64,000 bases of DNA, taken from a virus. The stretch lies in the IMG/VR virus record IMGVR_UViG_3300044539_000240. One strand, written 5' to 3'. This document shows, piece by piece, positions 28,280 through 38,235 of the stretch; position 1 is the first letter of the stretch, and each line of letters starts with the position of its first letter. A program made the translations under genes and the position numbers. The notes under the pieces are model-generated. The model was given only the letters and a program-made list of their open reading frames with translations. It was not told the origin of the DNA and made no database searches.

Positions 28280-28899
28280 GAGTTTGAAGAAGAAAGCCCT
28301 AATTGTTTTGCGTATCGTCCAACATTACAAGACCAATATCCTGCAGTTGTTCTATCTTTCTTTTGGTCACATTTATGACGTGCTCTGAATGATTTGGCAG
28401 CCCCTTTATTTTTATTTTTGATTTTTAAGTTAGGGTCTCCGAAAGTCACCTTTTTAACCCCACCTCCTGGTGTTTTAACATAAACGGCGAATTTCTTAGG
28501 ACCTCCGGGAGTTCTTTTAGGTTTATTTAATTGAACCTTTTTTCCTCTGTGCATTGCCTCTTGTAAAATATCTTCTTCAGTTTCAGTTTCATAGATGTAA
28601 GGAGCGTCCAAATAAACATACTCATTACCTATTTTAACTTTAATACCCAAATCAGACTCAACCATCATTTTATCTTCTTCATTTAGGTCTATTTTACCTT
28701 CATTCCATAGTTTTCTAACTTCGTTAACCAAATCAAAATATTTTTGAGAGTACGCTCTAAAAACATTATCAGTTAACGACATACCTTCATTAATATGGTA
28801 AGATAGTGATTCTGATACTTCAACGTCTTCTTTTAATATTAAAGTCTTATCTAAGTGGGACTCTAATGTCTCTTTAATTATTTGTCTTAAATTATTCAT
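28273..28899 (-). CDS. N-terminal motif family member (MNNLRQIIKETLESHL), basic Cys-containing C-terminus
   Basis: I-I-K-E-T-L matches the family [ILV]-x-E motif. TATATTCTATTT upstream. Confidence 0.5.
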   Translation of the reverse strand: MNNLRQIIKETLESHLDKTLILKEDVEVSESLSYHINEGMSLTDNVFRAYSQKYFDLVNEVRKLWNEGKIDLNEEDKMMVESDLGIKVKIGNEYVYLDAPYIYETETEEDILQEAMHRGKKVQLNKPKRTPGGPKKFAVYVKTPGGGVKKVTFGDPNLKIKNKNKGAAKSFRARHKCDQKKDRTTAGYWSCNVGRYAKQLGLSSSNSW

Positions 28900-28927
28900 A
28901 TATTCTATTTTATAATAAATACTTCAA

Positions 28928-29386
28928 TTATTGTTGTTTTAAACCACGATAATAGTTAATCATATTTTCACAATGTTTAATCAACCAATTTTCAACTAAA
29001 GGTATTTTTTTAAGGAAATCCAATTCATATTGATAACATAAAATTTCTTCATCCCTCTCATCTAAAAATATGTTATTATTCCTATAATATAAATGTTTTG
29101 ATTCATGAATTATTATGGCAGATAAATTATTGATATTACCTGATTGAATGTCTTGTTTAGATATCAATATAACATCATTACCTTCAGTGGTTGAGAACTT
29201 ATTATTCCAAAACCCTATTCGTTTACATTGTTTAATCACTATGTCGTACTTGGGTGAATCCACTTTTTTAATCACTTCCAAACTTTTCTCCACATTTTTT
29301 TTCCACCCTTCTCCAACATCATCAATGACTATTTGTGAAAACGATTGAGTGGTAAAAAACAACATTAATAATATGATAATTCTCAT
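28928..29386 (-). CDS. small secreted protein with HExxH motif (IIHESKHLYY); possible zinc metallopeptidase (152 aa)
   Basis: Signal peptide MRIIILLMLFFTTQSFSQ and HESKH motif. Confidence 0.4.
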   Translation of the reverse strand: MRIIILLMLFFTTQSFSQIVIDDVGEGWKKNVEKSLEVIKKVDSPKYDIVIKQCKRIGFWNNKFSTTEGNDVILISKQDIQSGNINNLSAIIIHESKHLYYRNNNIFLDERDEEILCYQYELDFLKKIPLVENWLIKHCENMINYYRGLKQQ

Positions 29387-29475
29387 GTTTTTTTTCTAAA
29401 TAAATAGTGGGTTTAGGGTGTCAAACTTTTATACGAATATTTATAGGTAATAAATTACCAAGATATTATTAAACT

Positions 29476-31359
29476 ATGAAAAAACTTTTTATGGTGCTGT
29501 CATTCCTTGTGATGACTTCACTGGGTTATTCCCAAATTTGTCCGACACCGACAACTACCGGAGTTTTTGTTACATTAGACGCAACTTATCAATTAGCACC
29601 GGCATCTGCTGGTAATACTGAAGTAGGTTTATGTTTTTTTAACAATACTACCGAATTGATTACGGCTGTTCAGTTTCGAGTGTTTTATGATACCTCAGCA
29701 TTCACATCAGTGTCTTCTGTCGTATCGTCAAATACATCGTTCCCCCAATATATTCAATTTCAGGATAGTCCTGCAAATGGATATGTTACGATTACTCTAA
29801 CTTATACAGGTAATGACTCGAATTTTGAATTATCAAATGGGTCATTTGTAAAATTAAATTTAGTACACTCAGCGAATTTTGCGAGTTTGTCGTCTGTTCA
29901 ACCCATGACATTTAGTGGTGTTCAAACATTCCCACAAACCGCAACAAAACAAAATGGTTCTGACTATACTTTAAATTTACAAAACTTTGGTGGAGCATTT
30001 TTACCTCAACTATTTTCGTTTAGTGGTACATTCACTAACGTAACAGGAACGGGGTCAAAACTAATTCCGGTTATTTTAGAGAAAAAATTAATGACATCTT
30101 CAACTTGGATTCAAGCGTCAACAACACAAACAAATAACGCTGGTGTTTTCACATTTACAGATGTACCACTAGACGTTACAAGTTATGACGTTCGTATTAG
30201 AGTAGATGGTGAATCACTATCAATAGCAAATATCATTTCAACATCTGACTCACAAAAAATCAACAGATTTGTTTTAGGTCAAGATACTCCGACAGGATTT
30301 GATTTTTATTCATCTGATGTTAATGGTGACAACAACATATCAATTTCTGATGTGTATGGTGTGTTTGGTAGAGTATCAGGAAGATTTAGTTCTTGGCCTA
30401 ACTCGGTTAAAGATGTTAAATTCTTCTCAGATTCAGAATACACTTCTATTAATGGTTCAACATCATCTTTACAATCTACAATTCCGGGTGTAACGAATCT
30501 TGTTTACAACATTTTACCGGGTACAACAACAGTTACTTTCTATGTGTTAGTTAAAGGAGATGCTAATGGTACAGGTTTTAATATGGCTCGTATGACACCA
30601 ATTGAAATTGTAAACCCGTTAAACGCACCATCAAATATTATTGATGTTACAACAACTTATGACAACCCAACATTACAAACCATCGAATTAAACTATCCAA
30701 GTTTAACGGTAAATGAAAATAGTAGAGTTGAGGTTCCTGTTCTTGTAAAAACAAATGGAATTCAATTAGGTTCTTTACAACTGGCATTAAATTACAATAG
30801 TAATCTATTAGATTTTACAGGTGTTAGAGCTGAGAATAAAGTTAGTGGATGGATAACTTATGTTAATACAAATGATAATATTGTTGAGTGGGGTGGCTAT
30901 GACCCAACAAAAAATACAAAATTATTAAATGACAACGAATTAGCTTTCACACTACAATTCACATCGAAAGAAATTCAAAGTCAATGGGGTGTAAGTCCTT
31001 TATATGTTACAAAAAAATTCTCAGGAAATTCAATCGCTCGAGATTTGAAAATAATACCTACAAATGGGATTATTCAAATCATGAGAGTTATGAAACCAAC
31101 CGATTTAGAATATATGGTGACATACCCTAATCCAACTGATAATGACATCACTGTCAAATTTACTGTAGAAAAAGAAGGTAATGTTTGGTTATCTTTATAT
31201 GATTTGGGTGGTAGAGAAATTCAAACAATCGTTAACACTGATTTACATTCAGGTGAACACAGATATAGTACAAATGTTGGTTACCTTCCTTCAGGAACTT
31301 ACATAGTTACTCTTAAAAAAGGTACGGAAATAGAATCTAATAAGATAATCCGTAAATAA
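29476..31359 (+). CDS. secreted protein with Por/T9SS C-terminal sorting domain (627 aa)
   Basis: Signal peptide; C-terminal approximately 80 aa YPNPTDNDITVKFTVEKEGNVWLSLYDLGGREIQTIVN...GTYIVTLKKGTEIESNKIIRK fits the type-A CTD pattern (TIGR04183-like); internal dockerin-like DVNGDNNISISD; TATTTATAGG box 37 nt upstream. Confidence 0.6.
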   Translation: MKKLFMVLSFLVMTSLGYSQICPTPTTTGVFVTLDATYQLAPASAGNTEVGLCFFNNTTELITAVQFRVFYDTSAFTSVSSVVSSNTSFPQYIQFQDSPANGYVTITLTYTGNDSNFELSNGSFVKLNLVHSANFASLSSVQPMTFSGVQTFPQTATKQNGSDYTLNLQNFGGAFLPQLFSFSGTFTNVTGTGSKLIPVILEKKLMTSSTWIQASTTQTNNAGVFTFTDVPLDVTSYDVRIRVDGESLSIANIISTSDSQKINRFVLGQDTPTGFDFYSSDVNGDNNISISDVYGVFGRVSGRFSSWPNSVKDVKFFSDSEYTSINGSTSSLQSTIPGVTNLVYNILPGTTTVTFYVLVKGDANGTGFNMARMTPIEIVNPLNAPSNIIDVTTTYDNPTLQTIELNYPSLTVNENSRVEVPVLVKTNGIQLGSLQLALNYNSNLLDFTGVRAENKVSGWITYVNTNDNIVEWGGYDPTKNTKLLNDNELAFTLQFTSKEIQSQWGVSPLYVTKKFSGNSIARDLKIIPTNGIIQIMRVMKPTDLEYMVTYPNPTDNDITVKFTVEKEGNVWLSLYDLGGREIQTIVNTDLHSGEHRYSTNVGYLPSGTYIVTLKKGTEIESNKIIRK

Positions 31360-31427
31360 TTTATGGTGTCACAATTTGTGACACCAAAGCCTATAAGAAG
31401 GAAATAAACAATTAAAATTAAATTAAA

Positions 31428-31769
31428 ATGTCAGAAGAAACACAAGAAACACAAAATGATGGTACTTGGTCAGGATTAAAGAAAACAATAATAGGTACTT
31501 TAACTACTGTTATTGGTGGTGGTGGTATATGGTTATCAACACAATTGTTTGGAGGTCATGGTGACGATAAAGAAGAAACAAAAACAGAACAAGTTGCACA
31601 ACCTGCAGCCGCACCTGTAGTTATCAATCTACAAAACAACAACACAAACCAACAAAAACAACAAAACAATGGTGGTGGTACTAACACAATTATCAGAGAA
31701 AAAGTTGTGGAAAAACCAGCAGCACAACCAGCACCTGCTAAACCAAAAACGGAAGAAGACCCTTGGTAA
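31428..31769 (+). CDS. membrane-anchored Pro/Ala/Gln-rich protein (113 aa)
   Basis: One TM helix IIGTLTTVIGGGGIWLSTQLFGG then low-complexity PAAAP/Q-N-rich region. Confidence 0.5.
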   Translation: MSEETQETQNDGTWSGLKKTIIGTLTTVIGGGGIWLSTQLFGGHGDDKEETKTEQVAQPAAAPVVINLQNNNTNQQKQQNNGGGTNTIIREKVVEKPAAQPAPAKPKTEEDPW

Positions 31770-31770
31770 T

Positions 31771-32487
31771 ATGAAAAAAATAGTATTACTATTACCTTTT
31801 TTACTTTTTTCGTGTATTGGATTATCCCAAACTATTGGAACCATAAAAACTGAGGACTATAAAGCAGATTTTGAAAAAAAACAATCTTTAGATGTTGTCA
31901 GTGATTATAATGGTGACATTGTAATACCAATCCAAATATTAAAAATTGGTATCAACGATGAGGTATATGAGATGTATCCTGAACTAAAAGATAAACGAGT
32001 AGGTCTTGGGGTTGCGAATATTGTATTAGAGTATTTAGAATCAACAGATAGATTTAAATTCACTGAGGATAAAGCGGAAATCAAAAACAAAATGATTGCC
32101 CAAGATAAGGCGTCTGATAAAGGAATTTCAAGTAATAAAATAGAAGTTAAAGGTAATGTAATTTTAGCTAACTATTTTGTTTACATAGAAGTTTACGATT
32201 TCAGTGTCTCAGAAGACGAAGTGATTAAAGGAAGTGAAGGTGCTAAAATAACTCAAACAACTCGTTTAGGTTTACAGATTAGATTTGTCGATGCCCAAAC
32301 CGGTGAAGTTATAACTGGTAGTGGGTTAGGTGAGTCTAACACAGTGAAAACATCATCGTTATTAGATGATGTTGATGAAATTAAATTTAACCAATCAACA
32401 ATTGGTATATCAACAAAAAAATCGTTAGAAACCGCATCTTCAAGAGTTGTTTCTAAATTAATTAAAAAAGGGGTTTTTAAAGAATAA
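31771..32487 (+). CDS. lipoprotein. Start corrected to MKKIVLLLPFLLFSC.
   Basis: Lipobox L-F-S-C. ATG lies 2 nt after the stop of the preceding gene. The longer ORF upstream overlaps that gene. Confidence 0.55.
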   Translation: MKKIVLLLPFLLFSCIGLSQTIGTIKTEDYKADFEKKQSLDVVSDYNGDIVIPIQILKIGINDEVYEMYPELKDKRVGLGVANIVLEYLESTDRFKFTEDKAEIKNKMIAQDKASDKGISSNKIEVKGNVILANYFVYIEVYDFSVSEDEVIKGSEGAKITQTTRLGLQIRFVDAQTGEVITGSGLGESNTVKTSSLLDDVDEIKFNQSTIGISTKKSLETASSRVVSKLIKKGVFKE

Positions 32488-33944
32488 TGAAGACGATATT
32501 CTCATTTTTATTTCTTATATTTACAACCATGGTATTAGGTCAAGGGTTTACATATTCGTATGCAGACCCTTGCACTTCCAAAACCAAGGAAATTTTTATT
32601 CCAAATCCATCACAAAGTGTGGTGTTATCATATAATGGGTCAGTACAAAGTTTTACATATGCTCAACTTCAATCAGGTGCAATGGAACAATGGATAAATG
32701 AGGTAAATTCTCAAAATCCTTCAGGTCCTTGTAGTGGTGTAGGTCTTCAACTGAACACATCGGTTAACGCAACAATTGCTGCCAATAACATACAAGTATT
32801 AACTACTGTATTAACCTCAATGTCTTCAATATCATCCGCAGGTATGTCAAATGTGGAAGGTATTATTCAAGCAGATGAAAAAGTATCATCTAATAATGAA
32901 AGACAGAAGGATAAAACCAAAATAGAAAATAATGCAACAATTAATATTAACGGAGGAAGTACAACAACTACTAACACAAATTCAGGAACTTCGCAAAGCG
33001 GGGGAAATCAAAACAATGGTTCAGGAGTTGGAAATGGAACTAATCCGCAAGGAGGAACGACTTCAAATCCAAATAACCCAACTACAACAGGAGGTCAGTC
33101 GTCTCAGTCACCTGTAACTTCCGGTAATAACACATCACCAAATACTAATAACTCCACAACACAAAATACTAATAACTCCTCGGGTGTAAGTAATATCACA
33201 GGAGGGATTAATTCTGTCAAATTAGACAATACTGAAAAATCAGATAAAGAAAAACTTGATGACGCACAATCCTCATCATCAACAACCTCTTCATCAACTA
33301 AAAGTAAAGTCGCTGCAGTTAAAAAAGGTAGTTTAATGATGACAGGAGATATTGTAGTAATAGGAAGCGCCGCAGGAACTGACCCTTCTCAAATAAGAGT
33401 AAATACGAGTATCATTTCATCAAACACAAAAAACACATTTGCAAAAGGAGCGTTGGTTAATTATACAAGTCAAGTTAACAACACGAATATCACATTATTT
33501 GCATCATATCGTTATAAAAAATTAACAACTATTATTGCAAATTCATCTATGATGAATTTTGATAAAGATTTTTTTAACACAACCTCTGTAATGGAGTCGT
33601 ACCAAATAAAAAAAATCACCACAACCGTGGGGGTTAACTACACAACAGGGAATTTAGGGGAATCTAAATTTCAAAGTATCTCTACATTAGGTGGAGCATT
33701 TGGTAGTTTTAATGTTAATAAAAAAATGGGTATGACAACAATGTTTGTTATTGTATATTCCCCTTTTGTATATTATTACGAGGGAATATGGTATCAATCA
33801 GGTCTATTAGCAGTTCCATTTGTTGCTGTCGATTATAAATTAACTAAAAAATTTAAACTAAACCTAAGTTTTAGTGGGGTACAACAAATAAACGACCAAC
33901 CACTAAACTACCAAGTATTACTTGGAGCTAAAGCATTTTTATAA
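32487..33944 (+). CDS. secreted protein with long S/T/N/G-rich low-complexity linker and C-terminal beta-rich domain (485 aa)
   Basis: Signal peptide MKTIFSFLFLIFTTMVLGQ. The C-terminal approximately 180 aa has alternating hydrophobic residues and ends ...LGAKAFL (outer-membrane-barrel-like). Confidence 0.5.
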   Translation: MKTIFSFLFLIFTTMVLGQGFTYSYADPCTSKTKEIFIPNPSQSVVLSYNGSVQSFTYAQLQSGAMEQWINEVNSQNPSGPCSGVGLQLNTSVNATIAANNIQVLTTVLTSMSSISSAGMSNVEGIIQADEKVSSNNERQKDKTKIENNATININGGSTTTTNTNSGTSQSGGNQNNGSGVGNGTNPQGGTTSNPNNPTTTGGQSSQSPVTSGNNTSPNTNNSTTQNTNNSSGVSNITGGINSVKLDNTEKSDKEKLDDAQSSSSTTSSSTKSKVAAVKKGSLMMTGDIVVIGSAAGTDPSQIRVNTSIISSNTKNTFAKGALVNYTSQVNNTNITLFASYRYKKLTTIIANSSMMNFDKDFFNTTSVMESYQIKKITTTVGVNYTTGNLGESKFQSISTLGGAFGSFNVNKKMGMTTMFVIVYSPFVYYYEGIWYQSGLLAVPFVAVDYKLTKKFKLNLSFSGVQQINDQPLNYQVLLGAKAFL

Positions 33945-33946
33945 CT

Positions 33947-34732
33947 ATGAAAAAATTATTAATACTAATACCTTTATTAATTTGTGGGAATTTATTCGGT
34001 CAACCCGCACCTCCTCCATCTAGTTCAACACCAAGTTCTACTGAACTATTTGGAAATTCCCAAAATAATATAATTGGAACTCAATCTAAATCATTTGGGG
34101 GTGGTTCTATAATTAAACCTAACCCTATGTTAACATCTGCCGATTTCGCATTAATTCAAAATCCAACATATGAAGATGGATGGAGACATGGTACAAGTTT
34201 AGGATGGAGTAAAATAAATGAAGGTAAAGGGTTTGGGGTTAATGCGGTTTTAACATTTGATTTAACACAACAATCCTATTCTTCTTACTATAAAAATAAA
34301 AACTTGTATTACCATTTTAATTTTGGTAAGATGGGTACTACGATTAATTTAGGGGGTAGTGTTACTAAAATGTTTTTAACTGATAAAATAAATTTTGGAG
34401 TTCAAATAGGTTCTACAGTGCTTGAAGACCATAAATACGTTTATTTTATATTAGTCCCTTATACGGTATTAATGGCAAATAAAGAAATTAAAATATCCAA
34501 CAAAATTAAATGGACTCCAGAAACATTTATAACAATATGTTCACCATATTACGATTTAGGTTTGGGAACATTAGGAACTTCAACAACATTCAATTCAGTG
34601 GTCGGAAATTCTTTATCGGTAAACATATCAAAATCGTTTAAAATGAATACTAATTGGAGAATGAACATAAACACAACACCGAAATTTGGTATTATGAATA
34701 ATATCTTAATAGGTGGAAATTTAGATTTTTAA
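33947..34732 (+). CDS. secreted putative outer-membrane beta-barrel protein (PorP/SprF-like?) (261 aa)
   Basis: Signal peptide MKKLLILIPLLICGNLFGQ; terminal Phe (…GGNLDF), typical of OMP barrels. The PorP/SprF assignment is speculative. Confidence 0.4.
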   Translation: MKKLLILIPLLICGNLFGQPAPPPSSSTPSSTELFGNSQNNIIGTQSKSFGGGSIIKPNPMLTSADFALIQNPTYEDGWRHGTSLGWSKINEGKGFGVNAVLTFDLTQQSYSSYYKNKNLYYHFNFGKMGTTINLGGSVTKMFLTDKINFGVQIGSTVLEDHKYVYFILVPYTVLMANKEIKISNKIKWTPETFITICSPYYDLGLGTLGTSTTFNSVVGNSLSVNISKSFKMNTNWRMNINTTPKFGIMNNILIGGNLDF

Positions 34733-34734
34733 AT

Positions 34735-35181
34735 ATGAAAAAATTATTAATTACATTATTGATGTTAGGTTCACTAACATCTTTCTCTCAAAATTGTTAT
34801 ACAGTTAAAGAAGTTAAAAACAATGGAGATATCGAAGGTGTTAACCCAAAAAGATTCACTTTAGGAGTTAAACAAATTACTGAAGAAATATTATCAGTTA
34901 ACAATACAATATGCGAAGACGGTAAACCTGTTTCAGTATTAATAGAAAGTATTGAAGCTCCGTCAACCGGTATATCATTAGGGCCATTTGAAAGAAAAAG
35001 AAAAAAAACAATAGTTACTTTAATTATCACTAAAGATGGTAAAGAATATAAAGGTGTTGGTGATTCAAATACTGATGTAAAATCAACATTTATAGAATTA
35101 CAGGATGAAAATCTCCCTTTTGAAAAATCGGCATTTTCTTCGGCATTAAAAAAAGCAATACAAAACGCATTAGAACTATAA
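34735..35181 (+). CDS. small secreted protein (148 aa)
   Basis: Signal peptide MKKLLITLLMLGSLTSFSQ. Confidence 0.5.
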   Translation: MKKLLITLLMLGSLTSFSQNCYTVKEVKNNGDIEGVNPKRFTLGVKQITEEILSVNNTICEDGKPVSVLIESIEAPSTGISLGPFERKRKKTIVTLIITKDGKEYKGVGDSNTDVKSTFIELQDENLPFEKSAFSSALKKAIQNALEL

Positions 35182-36156
35182 ATGACAAAGTTATTCTACA
35201 TATTACTTTTATTTTCAACAATCTCTTGGAGTCAAAATTTTACTTACTCGGGTTATATCTATAACTCGGTAGGTGGTGGTATTCAAAATATGGAAGTAAA
35301 GTTGTATAAAAGAACAACACCAACTTTAAATGGGTTTACCTCTCAAAATAATTATAACGGACATTCATATTATCGTTCAACCGGTTCTATGACTTGGACG
35401 GATGCAAGACAGGCGTGTTTAAACATGGGAGGTCATTTAGTTACTGTAACTTCACCCGCTGAGAATAACTTTATATTTAATCTATGGCCAAATGGTTGGA
35501 TTGGATTAACAGATGAAGTGTCAGAAGGTACTTGGAGATGGGTTACAAATGAACCCTTTTCTTGGTCTAATTGGAATGGTGGGGAACCAAATAACGCAGG
35601 TAATGAAGATTATATTCAATTTGTTGGTGGTGGTAAATGGAATGATTTACCTAATATTTCATTACCATATGTTTTGGAGTTTGAGTATATTGTAACATTT
35701 ACGGAATGGGCATACGTAAAAAGTGTTTACACAGATTCCAATGGGAGATACTCAATTAATGAAGCTTCAAACCCTTCAGTTGAATGGTATTTACAAATTA
35801 GTACCCCATCCACTCCACCTTCATTAGAAAATATTGACGCACAACAATCAAACACCAAATCAATATCAAGAACATTAACATCATTAGATTATTATAGATA
35901 TGATGTTAATAATGATGGTAGAATTAATATATCAGATTCATATTACATTTTTATGAAAAAATCAGGTAGATTTTCTTCTTGGACAAATTCAATTCCTGAC
36001 TCAAGAATTTTAATACCATCTCAATATTCAATACTAAATTCTTCAACTAATGATTTGAGAAATTCTTATCCCGGTGTTCAAAGTTTTACCATTAATTCCC
36101 CAATAAATGGTGGGTCCTCAAATTTTTATTTAATAAGAACGGGTAAAAAGGACTAA
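35182..36156 (+). CDS. secreted C-type lectin domain protein (EPN/WND, mannose-type) with dockerin-like C-terminal module
   Basis: WTDARQACLNMGGHLVTVTSPAENNFIF..WIGLTD..GTWRWV..WSNWNGGEPNN..EDYIQF..GKWNDL is a canonical CTLD with an EPN sugar/Ca site and WND. C-terminal DVNNDGRINISDSYYIF...SGRFSSWTNS module shared with 29476. Confidence 0.75.
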   Translation: MTKLFYILLLFSTISWSQNFTYSGYIYNSVGGGIQNMEVKLYKRTTPTLNGFTSQNNYNGHSYYRSTGSMTWTDARQACLNMGGHLVTVTSPAENNFIFNLWPNGWIGLTDEVSEGTWRWVTNEPFSWSNWNGGEPNNAGNEDYIQFVGGGKWNDLPNISLPYVLEFEYIVTFTEWAYVKSVYTDSNGRYSINEASNPSVEWYLQISTPSTPPSLENIDAQQSNTKSISRTLTSLDYYRYDVNNDGRINISDSYYIFMKKSGRFSSWTNSIPDSRILIPSQYSILNSSTNDLRNSYPGVQSFTINSPINGGSSNFYLIRTGKKD

Positions 36157-36193
36157 AGTTAAAGTATTTATAGTAATAAAAACGTAAATTACT

Positions 36194-37015
36194 ATGATAC
36201 TAAAAAATGGCTCAAAAGGCGAAGAAGTTAAAAAACTTCAATCAAAATTAGGAACAACACCCGATGGTGTTTTTGGACCTGGAACTGAGAAATTGGTTAA
36301 AGAATGGCAAACTAAAAATGGATTAACATCTGACGGGATTGTTGGTGATGGAACTTGGAAAAAGATGTTTCCGGGGGAAATCATTAAAGAAGATGTAGTT
36401 ATTCCATCGGGAGGACCATTCAAATTAGAAAAATTAAAAGGACACATTCCGGAATCAGTAATTGCTCAAATACCTGACACTGCAAAAAAATTCAACATCA
36501 CTAATCCATTAAGATTAGCTCATTTCTTGGCACAATGTGGTCATGAATCAGGTGGATTTAAAGCAGTTTCTGAAAATGTAAATTATTCTGCGGATGGTCT
36601 TAAAAAAATCTTCCCAAAATACTTTCCGGGCAACTTAGCAGAATCTTACGCAAGAAACCCTGAAAAAATTGCATCAAAAGTATATGGTGGAAGAATGGGT
36701 AATGGTGATGAATCAACAAAAGATGGGTTTAAATTCAGAGGTAGAGGTTATATTCAATTAACAGGAAAACAAAACTATACAAACTTCGCGAAATTTATCG
36801 GTGAAGATACTGTATCAAATCCTGATTTGGTTGCAACAAAATATCCATTAGCATCTGCGGCATTCTTCTTTGACTCAAACAAACTTTGGTCTATTTGTGA
36901 TAAAGGAGCTGACGACGCAACAGTAACGGCAGTAACTAAAAGAGTGAATGGTGGAACTATTGGTTTACCTGATAGAATTAAACATTTTAAAGAATATTAT
37001 AATTTATTAAAATAA
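36194..37015 (+). CDS. endolysin-like peptidoglycan hydrolase: PG_binding_1 domain plus GH19 (chitinase/lysozyme-like) catalytic domain
   Basis: N-term GSKGEEVKKLQSKLGTTPDGVFGPGTEKLVKEWQTKNGLTSDGIVGDGTWKKM; GH19 motifs LAHFLAQCGHESGG, FRGRGYIQLTGKQNY. GTATTTATAG box 30 nt upstream. Confidence 0.8.
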   Translation: MILKNGSKGEEVKKLQSKLGTTPDGVFGPGTEKLVKEWQTKNGLTSDGIVGDGTWKKMFPGEIIKEDVVIPSGGPFKLEKLKGHIPESVIAQIPDTAKKFNITNPLRLAHFLAQCGHESGGFKAVSENVNYSADGLKKIFPKYFPGNLAESYARNPEKIASKVYGGRMGNGDESTKDGFKFRGRGYIQLTGKQNYTNFAKFIGEDTVSNPDLVATKYPLASAAFFFDSNKLWSICDKGADDATVTAVTKRVNGGTIGLPDRIKHFKEYYNLLK

Positions 37016-37040
37016 TTTTTTGATATTTTATTTTTTTCAT

Positions 37041-37048
37041 TACCTTTG
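37041..37048 (+). promoter_or_regulatory. Bacteroidetes -7 promoter element TACCTTTG
   Basis: TAnnTTTG 18 nt upstream of ATG 37067. Confidence 0.45.
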
Positions 37049-37066
37049 TAAAAAAAAAATAAAACT

Positions 37067-37330
37067 ATGGCAATATCTACTAACTTAAAAGTGGCACTTA
37101 CCAACTATAAATGGACGGTAAAAGTTTTAGAATCTTCTCAAACAAGAGAACATTTAGACTGTGCAGAAAAATGTTTTAATCTTTGGGTTATTAATCATTT
37201 GGATACCGGAGTTAATAGTATTGAATCAAAATTCTTAAGAAGATTGAGAAATAATTTTTGGAGTAGTTTTCATCAAAAAAGAATTTCTATAACATTCAAA
37301 AAAAAGTTCGTTCACAATACGACTAACTGA
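37067..37330 (+). CDS. hypothetical protein (87 aa)
   Basis: ORF following a -7 box. Confidence 0.45.
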   Translation: MAISTNLKVALTNYKWTVKVLESSQTREHLDCAEKCFNLWVINHLDTGVNSIESKFLRRLRNNFWSSFHQKRISITFKKKFVHNTTN

Positions 37331-37444
37331 ACTTTTTTAGAATATTAGTGTATTTATTCATACACACCACTCCTTTGAGAGTGTTCTCATATATCTTTTT
37401 CCAAAAGACCCGTAAATTTATTTTGACGGGTCTTATTTTTTTAC

Positions 37445-37452
37445 TATCTTTG
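37445..37452 (+). promoter_or_regulatory. Bacteroidetes -7 promoter element TATCTTTG
   Basis: TAnnTTTG 16 nt upstream of ATG 37469; TTTG (possible -33) about 30 nt further upstream. Confidence 0.5.
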
Positions 37453-37468
37453 TAAAAAATATTAAAAA

Positions 37469-38104
37469 ATGGAACCAGAAAAAGACATATTTGAACAATG
37501 GGCGGAAAAACGTGAAAAACAACCATGGATTGTAAGAAAATTACGGTTTATTCCATTATGGTGGGACCACGAAGGGAAATATTTACATCTTGAATTCAAA
37601 AGAGGTGTAAAAAACCTAATTTATTGGTTCCCAATCATATGGAAAGACCGAAATTGGGATAGTCATTACATTTTTGAGATAATGAAACACAAATTATCGT
37701 CTCAATCCGACTATATTGGTCGTAGAGATTTACATACTCGAGCTCAGTTAGACGCAAAAAGAATGAAATTGTGTGTTAAACTAATGAAATTGGTTCAAGA
37801 TGAGTTTTATTCGTCAGAATACTCAGATTATCATAAAACAAAACATTGGTTTGAGCCAATTCCGGGTGACGAAAGATTATCATCTTGGGAATCAAGAACA
37901 TTGGAAGAGAATTTTGATGATTATTTCAAAAAATACCCATTAATTTACAAAAGAGTGTTAAATGGTGAAGGTCCTATTGATAGAGAAGGACGTGAGGATG
38001 ATAAACAATTAATTGCTATGAATATCGGATACATCAATCACGATAGAGTTAGAAAATTGTTGTTTAAAATAATGGAAGAAAACATCGAAGGATGGTGGGA
38101 TTAA
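37469..38104 (+). CDS. hypothetical protein (211 aa)
   Basis: ORF following a -7 box. Confidence 0.5.
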   Translation: MEPEKDIFEQWAEKREKQPWIVRKLRFIPLWWDHEGKYLHLEFKRGVKNLIYWFPIIWKDRNWDSHYIFEIMKHKLSSQSDYIGRRDLHTRAQLDAKRMKLCVKLMKLVQDEFYSSEYSDYHKTKHWFEPIPGDERLSSWESRTLEENFDDYFKKYPLIYKRVLNGEGPIDREGREDDKQLIAMNIGYINHDRVRKLLFKIMEENIEGWWD

Positions 38105-38235
38105 TCTGACCACCATATTTATCAGTAAATTGTAAATATGGAATCAGAATCTTACATTGGTTTAGTTATTATGGGGTCATTAATTGCAACCATGGTTATA
38201 GCCTTAATTGTAGACGAAATTAAAAAGAAATAGTT

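Noticed and set aside
37323-37526. ORF 37323..37526(-), 67 aa
   Set aside because: It overlaps the -7 promoter box and the start of the well-supported plus gene 37469..38104 and has hydrophobic low-complexity composition.
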